Positions 45,933 to 54,439 of a stretch of DNA of 54,439 nucleotides are shown in pieces. A program made the translations under genes and the position numbers. The notes beneath the pieces are model-generated. The model was not told the origin of the DNA. It did not search any database and saw only the letters and a program-made list of their open reading frames with translations. Each line of letters begins with the position of its first letter. Positions within the stretch are counted from its first letter, which is position 1. This stretch comes from an uncultured Gammaproteobacteria bacterium (GTDB taxonomy: Bacteria; Patescibacteriota; Microgenomatia; UBA10105; UBA927), in assembly GCA_964639945.1 (NCBI GenBank), contig CAZXHY010000003.1:1-54439 (forward strand), given 5' to 3'.

Positions 45933-47658
45933 TCTCCTCGTTCAGATTCGCAAGAAATTCCGAAAGAGCCATACTCTTTTGGTCTCCCCCGCTTCTGGTT
46001 CGTACTGAAATCGTTTGTTGCTCGACTTCTTTATCTCCAATTATAGCTAAGTATGGCACCTTTTGCAACGTAGACTCTCGGATTTTTTTGGAGAGTGGAT
46101 CGTTTTTGAGATTGAGCACGACGCGAATACCTGCGTCTTTGAGCGCTTTGGTCGTCATTTCGGCAGCTTCGGCATGGCGTTCGGAGATAGGAATCACGAC
46201 AACCTGCTCTGGAGCCATCCAAAGTGGAAATGCCCCGCCGTATTGCTCGATAAGGACAGCTAAAAATCGATCAAATGATCCTAAAATAGCCACATGTAGT
46301 ACTGCTGGGCGCTCAGACTTGCTCTCTTCATTTATATAGGAGAGGTCAAAGTTTTCTGGCTGCACAAAGTCCAGCTGGCACGTGGTCAGCTGCCATTCTC
46401 GGCCAAGCGCGTCTTTGACCATGATGTCTATTTTCGGGCCATAAAATGCCGCTTCCCCTTCCCCTACAAAGTAGGGTAATTTGAGGCGTTTAGCTGCCTC
46501 TTCTAGGGCATTTTCTGCCTTATCCCACACCTGTGGGTCTCCCATGTATTTATCAGGATTTTTGGGATCTCGGACAGAAATTCTGGCGCGATAACTGCTA
46601 AATCCAAATGTTTTGTAGATATATAGGGCAAGATCGAGAATTCGATCTATTTCCTCGGCTATTTGGGTGTGTCGCACGAAGATGTGTGAGTCGTCTTGGG
46701 TAAGCGCTCGTACTCGCAAAAGACCATTTACCTCTCCGGCCTTCTCATATCGATAAACCGTCGCGTTTTCTGCGATTCTTAGAGGAAGCTCTCGATAACT
46801 TCGGGGTCTCTCATTGTATATCTGAAAATGATGTGGGCAGTTCATGGGTTTGACCACATAATCGTCTTCGTCGATTTTCATAGGCGAAAACATGGCATCG
46901 TATTTTTGCCAGTGGCCGCTTTTGATGTATAAATCACTTTTGGCTACATGAGGCGTCCATACAAATTGATAGCCACGATTTTCTTTTTCGCGTGTTATCC
47001 ATTGTTCAAGAGCTCGTCTGAGCAAAAATCCTCGAGGCATATAGAGCGGAAACCCAGCTCCCACATCAGGACTCACTAAAAATAATTCTTGTTCCTTGCC
47101 AATTTTTTTGTGATCTCTTTTTTTGGCCTCTTCCTGCATGAGGAGGAAGTTCGCTAATTCTTCTTTTGTTGGAAATACTGTTCCATAGATGCGGGTAAGC
47201 ATTTTATTTTTTTCGCTCCCACGCCAATAAGCACCAGCAACTGACAAAAGTTTAAAGTGCTTTAACTCATGGTCAGGGTGCTCGCAGTGTCCTCCACGAC
47301 AAAGATCTATATATTCACCAGATTGGTAGAGGGTAAGCGATTGCCCTTCTCCAGAAAATTCTTCTATAAGTTCTTTTTTATATTCATTATCCTCAAAAAG
47401 TTTCAGTGCCTCATTTTTTGAAATATCTTTTCTTTCAAAAGATTTCCAAGTTTTGGAAAGTTCACGCATTTTTTGGTCTATGCGGACAAAATCTGCTTCT
47501 GAAACTTTTGTATCACCGAAATCAAAATCATAATAGAATCCATTTTCTATGGCAGGACCTATGGTGCGTTTGGCCTTGGGGTACAGTTCCAGAATTGCCG
47601 CCGCCAAAAGGTGTGCACAGGAATGACGTAAATGATCGAGTTGGTCAGTGTTGTCCAT
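45913..47658 (-). CDS. thrS: Threonine--tRNA ligase (no N-terminal TGS domain)
   Basis: 581 aa. It begins directly at the editing domain (HLRHSCAHLLAAAI, an HxxxH motif), followed by the class II core and an anticodon-binding domain. Confidence 0.93.
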   Translation of the reverse strand: MDNTDQLDHLRHSCAHLLAAAILELYPKAKRTIGPAIENGFYYDFDFGDTKVSEADFVRIDQKMRELSKTWKSFERKDISKNEALKLFEDNEYKKELIEEFSGEGQSLTLYQSGEYIDLCRGGHCEHPDHELKHFKLLSVAGAYWRGSEKNKMLTRIYGTVFPTKEELANFLLMQEEAKKRDHKKIGKEQELFLVSPDVGAGFPLYMPRGFLLRRALEQWITREKENRGYQFVWTPHVAKSDLYIKSGHWQKYDAMFSPMKIDEDDYVVKPMNCPHHFQIYNERPRSYRELPLRIAENATVYRYEKAGEVNGLLRVRALTQDDSHIFVRHTQIAEEIDRILDLALYIYKTFGFSSYRARISVRDPKNPDKYMGDPQVWDKAENALEEAAKRLKLPYFVGEGEAAFYGPKIDIMVKDALGREWQLTTCQLDFVQPENFDLSYINEESKSERPAVLHVAILGSFDRFLAVLIEQYGGAFPLWMAPEQVVVIPISERHAEAAEMTTKALKDAGIRVVLNLKNDPLSKKIRESTLQKVPYLAIIGDKEVEQQTISVRTRSGGDQKSMALSEFLANLNEEIERKVE

Positions 47659-47675
47659 AAAATTCTCCTTTATAC

Positions 47676-47739
47676 AAAAAATCCGTTCCCCTTATACGCC
47701 TCTGATTGTTCAGAGAGATTCCAGCGTATTGAGAAACGG
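47676..47739 (-). promoter_or_regulatory. Terminator-like interrupted hairpin + U6 in the thrS 5' leader, just upstream of the AAGGAG RBS
   Basis: Minus-strand pairings read directly are CCGTT/AACGG (47739-47735 with 47687-47683), ATACGC/GCGTAT (47729-47724 with 47699-47694) and CTCTG/CAGAG (47715-47711 with 47704-47700). These are followed by AUUUUUUG. Confidence 0.4.
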
Positions 47740-47926
47740 TACTTAATTTAGTTTAGTTACGCCTAAACTGGTCGATGCTCTTTGAGATTGGTGAAGTCTC
47801 ATGCAGGCGAGAATAGACGTACGATATCACCTTTACAGTCGGGTCGTCAATACCAGTCTTGCGCTTTTGATGCGGCTCTTCTACTATATTTGTATAGTGT
47901 CATACAATATTTAAAGGAGGCTCCCT

Positions 47927-48688
47927 ATGAAACAATTGATCTTTTTGTTGTGTGTCCTCTTCTTCTCTGCACAGCCAGTTTCTGCTAATCATTCATGGGG
48001 AAATTATCATTGGGCTAGGACGACTCCCGTATTTACTCTTAAATTGGGTAGTAACGTGTCCAACGATTGGGCTACTTATCTGGCCCAAGCATCCTCTGAC
48101 TGGAGTTCGTCTTCTGTATTAAATACATCCGTAGTATCGGGTATGGCTGCACGAAATTGCAAAGCAGTATCTGGACGACTTGAGGTGTGTAACAAGAAAT
48201 ATGGTAATAATGGATGGCTTGGGATTGCTCAAATTTGGACAAATGGTGATCACATCACACAGGCATTGGCCAAAATGAATGATACGTATTTTGGAAGCAC
48301 AAAATACAACACGCCAGCTTGGAAACGATTGGTTATGTGTCAGGAAATTGCCCACGGATTCGGGCTAGATCACCAAGATGAAATTTTTGACAATGCTAAT
48401 CTTGGCACGTGTATGGATTACACGAGTAACCCATTGGGCCCACCAAGCAATGAACATCCCAATACTCATGACTACGATCAATTGACTCAGATATATCAAC
48501 ACATAGATAGTATAACGACAGTGAGTATGTCAGCCTCACCTGCGAATGCATCGCAGGGAGATGATATTGGAGGTGATGACCCAAAGATGTGGGGTAAGAA
48601 GCTAAAAGATAACGGTAGCGTTGGGTTATATGTTCGTGATTTAGGTCACGGACGAAAAATATTTACTCACGTGTACTGGATACGATAA
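47927..48688 (+). CDS. Secreted metzincin-like protein with QExxHxxGxxH in place of HExxHxxGxxH
   Basis: 253 aa with a signal peptide (MKQLIFLLCVLFFSAQPVSA). It has the conserved-looking NHSWGNYHWAR N-terminus and the motif CQEIAHGFGLDHQDE. Confidence 0.55.
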   Translation: MKQLIFLLCVLFFSAQPVSANHSWGNYHWARTTPVFTLKLGSNVSNDWATYLAQASSDWSSSSVLNTSVVSGMAARNCKAVSGRLEVCNKKYGNNGWLGIAQIWTNGDHITQALAKMNDTYFGSTKYNTPAWKRLVMCQEIAHGFGLDHQDEIFDNANLGTCMDYTSNPLGPPSNEHPNTHDYDQLTQIYQHIDSITTVSMSASPANASQGDDIGGDDPKMWGKKLKDNGSVGLYVRDLGHGRKIFTHVYWIR

Positions 48689-48690
48689 TA

Positions 48691-49206
48691 TCAACGTACC
48701 TCGTATACATACACGTGTTTTTGATCGTCACAACGAATTTGTTTCCACTTTGGAAATATAAAACTATTGCTGACCACAAGGCTTCCTGATTTTAATTCAC
48801 GCTCTAATTTGGCAGCCAACTCTTGCATACGCCATGGAAGCAAGTAGACAAACACTACGTCGGCGTCATGTAGGCGAGTTTTCCACAAACTCTCCCATTT
48901 GAGGGATATATGTGTGCGCCATGGTGACAATGCCGCCTTTACTCTGGCATACCACACTAAGTATGGGTTTATTTCTATCCCAATGGCGCGCGCTCCTTGC
49001 GCTGCAGCCAGAAACAGTATTCTTCCATCGCCACTGCCCAAATCATAGATAGTCATTCCTTTTTTGAGTTGAGCAAGTTCGACCATGCGTCGCGCTGTGT
49101 TGGTTTGGGATGGGACAAATGGTGCACCAGTAACAAACGCAAGAAGCAGATACAACATAAATCCAGCCATAAGAAGTTGCAAAACAAGGAAGAATATATA
49201 TATCAT
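48691..49206 (-). CDS. Membrane-anchored class I SAM-dependent methyltransferase
   Basis: 171 aa with an N-terminal TM and then the motif I sequence IYDLGSGDGRILF. There is a 4-nt overlap with the sortase gene. Confidence 0.75.
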   Translation of the reverse strand: MIYIFFLVLQLLMAGFMLYLLLAFVTGAPFVPSQTNTARRMVELAQLKKGMTIYDLGSGDGRILFLAAAQGARAIGIEINPYLVWYARVKAALSPWRTHISLKWESLWKTRLHDADVVFVYLLPWRMQELAAKLERELKSGSLVVSNSFIFPKWKQIRCDDQKHVYVYEVR

Positions 49207-49856
49207 GGGGTGCTACGTTCTGCGATTACAATAAGCCGTTGATATGAGGTTCCCGGAGGCCAACACGTCATAAGCGTGAGTATTTGACGTGTACCTCCAA
49301 CTGATTTAAGGTATTGCACCGCATCTTTCCCAACCATTCGTTTAGAAGTTACCGTATATATGTATTTATCCCCTTTGTAGTAGGTGTCGATAGTGTCTCC
49401 AATTTCCAGTTTCGATAGTAGATAAAAGATCGAGTTATATCGTGTGGCATCGTAAAAATTAACAGATGAATGGGAAAATAAAAACATATTTCCGGCAACC
49501 CCTGGAACTGATGTTCCTTTGGCATGAGCAACGCCTTGTGTAAGCGCTCGTTGATACACACGACTATCATAAGGATCGACATTGGCAATAATTTTCGCAT
49601 TGGCCTCTATTTTCGGGATAACAATACCAAAGTCAGTGCTTGTCGGTTGTATATGTTTTGGGGTCTCTTTTAGGATGGTGTGCTTTATGGCAAACCCAAA
49701 TTCATTTTTGAGTATTGGGGCAAAAGTAAAAAGTATGATGGTTAGGCCAAATGCAATAAGTATAAATCCCGCTTTTGTGAGTATGTTAGGAAGCCCCCGA
49801 GATATTTCGTCGCGAGGTTTAGATTGTGTTTTTTTGAGATTTTTTCCAGAAGGCAT
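49203..49856 (-). CDS. Sortase (transpeptidase)
   Basis: 217 aa with an N-terminal TM, His in LFSHSS, the catalytic TLMTCWP (TLxTC) and a downstream Arg (YQRLIV). Confidence 0.88.
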   Translation of the reverse strand: MPSGKNLKKTQSKPRDEISRGLPNILTKAGFILIAFGLTIILFTFAPILKNEFGFAIKHTILKETPKHIQPTSTDFGIVIPKIEANAKIIANVDPYDSRVYQRALTQGVAHAKGTSVPGVAGNMFLFSHSSVNFYDATRYNSIFYLLSKLEIGDTIDTYYKGDKYIYTVTSKRMVGKDAVQYLKSVGGTRQILTLMTCWPPGTSYQRLIVIAERSTP

Positions 49857-50802
49857 AGAGGATTACTCCTAGAAGGAGTATACCACCAGCAATCATAAGC
49901 ATGCGAGAGTTTGAGGCCACACTCGCATTTTTATCTGACATGGGTGCTTCGGTAATTTCTGGTGTTGGTGCTACTGAGGCGCCGAGTGTCTCACCATTTG
50001 AAGATGGTCCCGTGGATCCGGTAGTCTCAGTTCCAGTGGTTTTTCCAAGCACGCTACCGCCGTTGGCATTATTTACAGGAATTGCGCCTGCTCCTGTAGA
50101 CCCTGTCGCATATATCACTGTCGTAACAGTGACGTTATCTCCGACCACTGCAGATCCGTTACCAAAACTGTCAAATGCGCGAACTGCGTAATAATATGTT
50201 TTATTGCAGTCTGGTGGCGTATTGGTAAAATCTTTCGCTTCATTGGAGCCTGTATTTACCGTGCCTATCTTTGTACCAGAATCTGCCGAAAATGAAGTAT
50301 TTTCTGATCTGTATATTTCTACTTTCGTTGTTTTCCCACCATCATCGGCTGTTTTAAAATGAATGGTATATTCACAACTATTGGTGTGCGTTTTATTGTA
50401 GTCACGGACATCTCCCGGACCTGATGTGTTGTAGGTTACGCTTGCGGTGTCATTTGCACTGTCTGCGCCTGCAGTAACTTCAACTTTAAATGCATATGTT
50501 CCATTGGCGTTCATAAATGAATTGCTGTTTTGGCAATATGCAGTGTTCCCTCCACTAGAGAGCGCTATATCTGAACCATACTGGACATATCCCCCATCTG
50601 AAGGGCCTTGTTTAAAACATTTAGCCGTCATGGGTCTTCCGAGTATGTCTAGGGCGACAAAATTTAAAGCAAAATCATTTTGGTTTGTAGGGCTTTTTGG
50701 CTGTTCGACTCGAACTGATACATTTGCAGCAAACGCCGGCGTTGAAAGCACAAAGCTCAGCGCGACAAGTACTAGTGCAATTTTTGTAAATTGTTTAAAC
50801 AT
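49819..50802 (-). CDS. Secreted surface protein with a fibronectin type III-like domain and a C-terminal TM anchor
   Basis: 327 aa with a signal peptide ending in AFA. YYYAVRAFDSFGNGS is FN3-like. The C-terminus has a Gly/Thr-rich linker, NGETLGASV, a TM and a KK tail, but no canonical LPXTG. Confidence 0.7.
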   Translation of the reverse strand: MFKQFTKIALVLVALSFVLSTPAFAANVSVRVEQPKSPTNQNDFALNFVALDILGRPMTAKCFKQGPSDGGYVQYGSDIALSSGGNTAYCQNSNSFMNANGTYAFKVEVTAGADSANDTASVTYNTSGPGDVRDYNKTHTNSCEYTIHFKTADDGGKTTKVEIYRSENTSFSADSGTKIGTVNTGSNEAKDFTNTPPDCNKTYYYAVRAFDSFGNGSAVVGDNVTVTTVIYATGSTGAGAIPVNNANGGSVLGKTTGTETTGSTGPSSNGETLGASVAPTPEITEAPMSDKNASVASNSRMLMIAGGILLLGVILYAFWKKSQKNTI

Positions 50803-53800
50803 ATTTCCTCCCTGCGAATTTTCCAGCTGTGATAAGGCCTAGGCCAAAAAGAATCGTAAGTGCTGCTATGACAAGCCATGCGCTGTCTGCACCGGTATCT
50901 GGAAGTTCTATAGAGGCTCCCAATACTTCCCCGTTTACTGTGACATTGTGTGATCCACCGGATTGAAGATTTTTTACCACATTTACTTGTGTGCCGACGA
51001 ATGTGTCTGTGACAAATCCTGGATTTACTGCAAGGGATATAACACTGTTGCTGTCCCCAGTTGTACAGTTAATTTCATATACACATCCTGCTGCCCATGC
51101 CAAATCTTTATATAAGCCAGGTTTGACGTCGGCCCCAATGTCAGCCAAATAGGTCAGAGTGATGACCTCATTCTCATCCATATCGCCAAGCTGCCATGTA
51201 CCTGGAGAGGCATAGGTAGGCTCTGTAGTGACGCCTAGAGCCTTCAAGTCGTCGCCGTTACTAGAGCTTGCTGTCCAACTGCCTACACGGTAGGTAAAGC
51301 CTTCAGGGAGCAAATCTGTTACGGTCACATTATGCGCTGCACTTTGTGTTGCTGTGACGGTCAATGTGTAAAGCACACTATCTCCTGTCACTTTGTCACC
51401 AGCGGTATTGTTTAGCTTGCTGATGGTTAAGATAGGATCGAGTTCTTCGTTTCCAAAGTCGTATACCGGAGCTCTGGGGGTAAAGTTTTCTAATTGATCA
51501 AGATTTTCTGGATTCTCATCTGGAAGGCTTATGAGATGACATCCTTCATTTGCTACAGGATATGTTTGTGCCCATCCGCCTTGTAATACTTCACAGACTT
51601 TGTAGTCTCCTGGGAATAATTTGGTGAACCAATACCATCCAAATTCAGCGCCTTCGTTGGTATCTGTGGTTGTGGTTTGGAAAAGTTCGTATGTTTCGCC
51701 GACCAATTTATAAAGGTTTATAGTCCAGTCGCCCAAGAGGTCTTCTTCTCCCATCTGACCATTTCCATCGGCATCACTCCATTTGCGTCCATGGATGCTG
51801 CCATTTGGACTATTTATGAATGTACAGTTAACCGTCTCATCCTTGCTGACATTGGTAAATACAATTGATCCGTCTGCGATGTCTTCGCCACAACTTCCAT
51901 AGATCAAATCGAATCCTAGCTGTTGAAGTTCACGAACGTTATAGTTTCCGGTTTTTGCTGGAGCAAATGTGGTTGCACCTTCAACATTAGTGAATTGTGT
52001 AAAGAAGTCTGATGCATCTCCAAATCCGTCAGCACCCATTTCCCATCCTTCGCCATCAAATTGATCTTCTGTTGTTTCCAAGTTTCCGTCGGCATCAATT
52101 ATTTTGTTAACGATGATGGTTCCGGTGTCTCGGGTGTTTGTAAATGTACAAACCAAATCTTGTCCAGGTGTAAGTGTCACTTCTTGGCTTTCTACAGCAC
52201 CATAATTTGTTTCGCCACACGTTAGGTTTGTCACGTGATAGTTTGTTTGTTGATCTTCTGAGATGGTATGTGCTCCTGCCGCTATGCCTTCTACAGTATT
52301 ATCGCCTTCGCTTGCAGAATAATTACCAGATCCGTCTATATCCCAAGTCCAACTAGGAGCGTGGATTACATCTATCTCTGCATCTGACAAATCTCCATCG
52401 CCATTGGCATCTACATTCTTGTACACCGTTATCGTACCTTGTCCTTGGTTACCTACATAACACGTCAAGTCTTCGCCTGCAGCAAGAGGGAATGAAAGGT
52501 TATCAGTGCCCGCGTTATAAATTTCACTCTGTTGACCGCAAGTAATATTCGTTTGTACCCAACCTGATTTCAATTGTTCACTCAAGGTGAATGTATTTGG
52601 AAGAAGATCCCCAAACGTCACTTGTCCTTGGACTTGTGCGCCCGTCCATTGATATGCATCAACATCTGTGCCTACTAGATGCATTTCCCATCTCGTTGCT
52701 TCTACGTCTGCTCCAACTCCTGTATCACCAAGTACTTCCTCATTATCGTTTTTCACGCCATTACCATTTTTGTCGTTGTATTTCACAACGGTAACATTGC
52801 TTAATTCGGTGTTAGTAAATGTACAGGTAATTGTTTCACCTGCGTCTAGTTCTAGACTTGCAGCACTTTCAGTATCGCGGATTGAGCTGATACAGGAAGT
52901 GTTTGTGAGATTCCATCCGGTTGGTACCGTTTCGGACACACTGTACGTACCTGGTACTAATGATTGATTGTTTGGCGTAGCTGCGTCAGTCAAGGCAAAA
53001 TCTGCATATGCACCACCTGTGCCATCAAAACTAAAGCTCTGCTCAGATCCTGTTGGATTGGTAACTTTATCGACTATTATGTGTCCGCGTTGTGTGTTGG
53101 TGAACGTGCAGATTATATCTTCTCCAGATTGTAGACTGATGCTGGATGGGTCACTTCCGTCACTACATGTTGCGCTAGTCAAATCCCAGCCGTCTTCAGG
53201 GAGTTCAGTCACTGAATACGTTCCTGGTGCTAAATCACCGGACAGATCGGCAAATTCATCTGTCAAAAGGAAATTGTCAGCATGATAATCCGCATCAAAT
53301 GCGAAATTTTCTGTACTTCCATCTGGAATGGTTTGCTTGAATACGGTAATACTTGAGTCTTTTTGGTTGGTAAATGTACAGGTTATATCCTCTCCTGATT
53401 GCAGACTGATGCTTGATGGATTACTGCCATCTGTACATGTTGCGCTTAGCAAATCCCATCCCGCAGGTGTGTTTTCTGACACGGAATAGGTTCCGGGAAG
53501 TAAATTCCCTGAGTTGTCTTGCTGACCATCAGCCAGATCTGCGTCTCCATCTCCATAGCTCAAGTCAAAATCAAACGACTGTATGCTGCCATCTGGATCT
53601 GTTTGTTTTTCTACTGTGATTGTTCCGTACTCTGTGTTTACAAAATTATTACCGGTTGTGTCGTCCGAATCTGTCAGAGTTACATCTATTCCTGCTCCAC
53701 CTGTTGGGAAAAGCTGAGCCCAACCTGCTTGGAGCTGTTCTCGTAGTTGGTATACACCAGGAATAAGATTTACAAAAGAAAATATTCCGCTTCCATCTGT

Positions 53801-54439
53801 CGTATCTGTGAGCCCAGTATTTACAAATGCGTCATTTACCCATTTCCATAGTTCGATGACCCATCCAGACAGCACCTCTTGACCATCTGTTGTTTGGATA
53901 TCTCCATCTTCATCACCGAGTTTGAGACCAGAAATTGTTAGATCTCCACGGTTGCCGAAGTTTTTATCGGTAAATACATCGCCGTTGTCGGTAACGGAAA
54001 ATACATGACATGCATCGCCAGCTGGGAATGTTTGGGCATATCCTGCAGGCACTGTCTCACACACTTTATAATTTCCAGTCGCTAAATCTTCAAAGCTATA
54101 AAGACCATTTGTGTCAGTAACATCAGTGCCCAATGATAGATCTGGTTCTTCGTCTGTGTCATAGAGCGTTACGGTAACTCCAGACATAGTTGCTTCGCCT
54201 AGCCATACTCCATCACCATTTGCATCAAAGAATTTGTACCCTGATACGCTGCCCAGTGCGTCGATGTCTACGACTGCTGCTGCTGTAGGACTTATAACTT
54301 TATCTTCTGGGTCACATTCTGCAGTATCTGTCGTACATGCTTCTGTCCAAGCCTCGTTACCTGTGTAGGTGGTTGTAGGATCATCATTGGTTATTTGTAA
54401 TGCGGTAAATGTAACAGTGACAGTATAACTTTCACCTGG
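50795..54439 (-). CDS. Giant sortase-anchored adhesin (SdrD-B/CnaB-like and prealbumin-like fold repeats), 5' end outside the window
   Basis: The track ORF starts at a Met at 54187. Hand translation shows the frame stays open to 54439, so the gene is N-terminally truncated by the window edge. Repeated D.D.DG Ca-binding-like loops and ..GED(I/L)TCTFTN modules are present. The C-terminal sorting signal is LPDTG + TM + GRKYV. Confidence 0.85.
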   Translation of the reverse strand, partial: PGESYTVTVTFTALQITNDDPTTTYTGNEAWTEACTTDTAECDPEDKVISPTAAAVVDIDALGSVSGYKFFDANGDGVWLGEATMSGVTVTLYDTDEEPDLSLGTDVTDTNGLYSFEDLATGNYKVCETVPAGYAQTFPAGDACHVFSVTDNGDVFTDKNFGNRGDLTISGLKLGDEDGDIQTTDGQEVLSGWVIELWKWVNDAFVNTGLTDTTDGSGIFSFVNLIPGVYQLREQLQAGWAQLFPTGGAGIDVTLTDSDDTTGNNFVNTEYGTITVEKQTDPDGSIQSFDFDLSYGDGDADLADGQQDNSGNLLPGTYSVSENTPAGWDLLSATCTDGSNPSSISLQSGEDITCTFTNQKDSSITVFKQTIPDGSTENFAFDADYHADNFLLTDEFADLSGDLAPGTYSVTELPEDGWDLTSATCSDGSDPSSISLQSGEDIICTFTNTQRGHIIVDKVTNPTGSEQSFSFDGTGGAYADFALTDAATPNNQSLVPGTYSVSETVPTGWNLTNTSCISSIRDTESAASLELDAGETITCTFTNTELSNVTVVKYNDKNGNGVKNDNEEVLGDTGVGADVEATRWEMHLVGTDVDAYQWTGAQVQGQVTFGDLLPNTFTLSEQLKSGWVQTNITCGQQSEIYNAGTDNLSFPLAAGEDLTCYVGNQGQGTITVYKNVDANGDGDLSDAEIDVIHAPSWTWDIDGSGNYSASEGDNTVEGIAAGAHTISEDQQTNYHVTNLTCGETNYGAVESQEVTLTPGQDLVCTFTNTRDTGTIIVNKIIDADGNLETTEDQFDGEGWEMGADGFGDASDFFTQFTNVEGATTFAPAKTGNYNVRELQQLGFDLIYGSCGEDIADGSIVFTNVSKDETVNCTFINSPNGSIHGRKWSDADGNGQMGEEDLLGDWTINLYKLVGETYELFQTTTTDTNEGAEFGWYWFTKLFPGDYKVCEVLQGGWAQTYPVANEGCHLISLPDENPENLDQLENFTPRAPVYDFGNEELDPILTISKLNNTAGDKVTGDSVLYTLTVTATQSAAHNVTVTDLLPEGFTYRVGSWTASSSNGDDLKALGVTTEPTYASPGTWQLGDMDENEVITLTYLADIGADVKPGLYKDLAWAAGCVYEINCTTGDSNSVISLAVNPGFVTDTFVGTQVNVVKNLQSGGSHNVTVNGEVLGASIELPDTGADSAWLVIAALTILFGLGLITAGKFAGRKYV
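52808..53626 (-). repeat. Three consecutive 270-nt (90-aa) tandem repeat modules inside the adhesin gene
   Basis: Protein residues about 188-274, 278-364 and 368-458 each read I(T/I)V.K.T.P.GS...F.F...PGTYSV(S/T)E.P.GW.L....C.....S.L..GE.I.CTFTN. Nucleotide similarity is visible between 53096-53167 and 53366-53437. Confidence 0.8.

Noticed and set aside
44684-47875. T-box riboswitches upstream of pheS and thrS
   Set aside because: Neither leader contains the conserved T-box sequence (AGGGTGGNACCGCG-like) nor a recognisable specifier loop/AG bulge arrangement. Alternative mechanisms are proposed in the findings instead.

Overview
This 54.4-kb window is coding-dense and uses the standard genetic code. 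It looks like a small-genome, monoderm-like bacterium, most plausibly Patescibacteria/CPR (Microgenomates-like). That placement is an inference from trimmed housekeeping proteins, a secretin-less type IV pilus locus and sortase/LPXTG surface proteins. The backbone is housekeeping: yebC, a Xer-family recombinase, folD, bcp, gyrB-ppa-gyrA, holB-like, trmD, a KH protein, rpsP, rnc, nusB, rpmF, recG, tyrS, a class A PBP, pheST, rplT-rpmI-infC and thrS. Two large cell-surface modules are present. One is a near-complete type IV pilus locus at 16.6-31.4 kb: pilB, pilT, pilC, the major pilin, pilD, five minor pilins and pilMNO. Two large GT-C-like membrane glycosyltransferase candidates sit between the pilin and the prepilin peptidase. 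The other is a sortase locus at 48.7-54.4 kb with a >1,200-aa LPDTG adhesin that runs off the window. No tRNA, rRNA, CRISPR array or transposase was recognised. Five things deserve a second look. (1) A 1.2-kb ORF-free gap (2128-3342) carries a family of hairpin-containing direct repeats whose stems differ in a base-pair-preserving way. (2) A dif-like inverted repeat lies just upstream of the lone Xer recombinase gene. (3) The glycosyltransferase pair is embedded in the pilus locus. (4) PheRS is remodelled: an AlaX-like domain is fused to PheS, and PheT lacks the B2 domain. (5) A four-segment attenuator-like structure with a short aromatic/Phe-rich leader ORF lies between rplT and pheS. All functional calls come from motif recognition by eye and no database searches were run.
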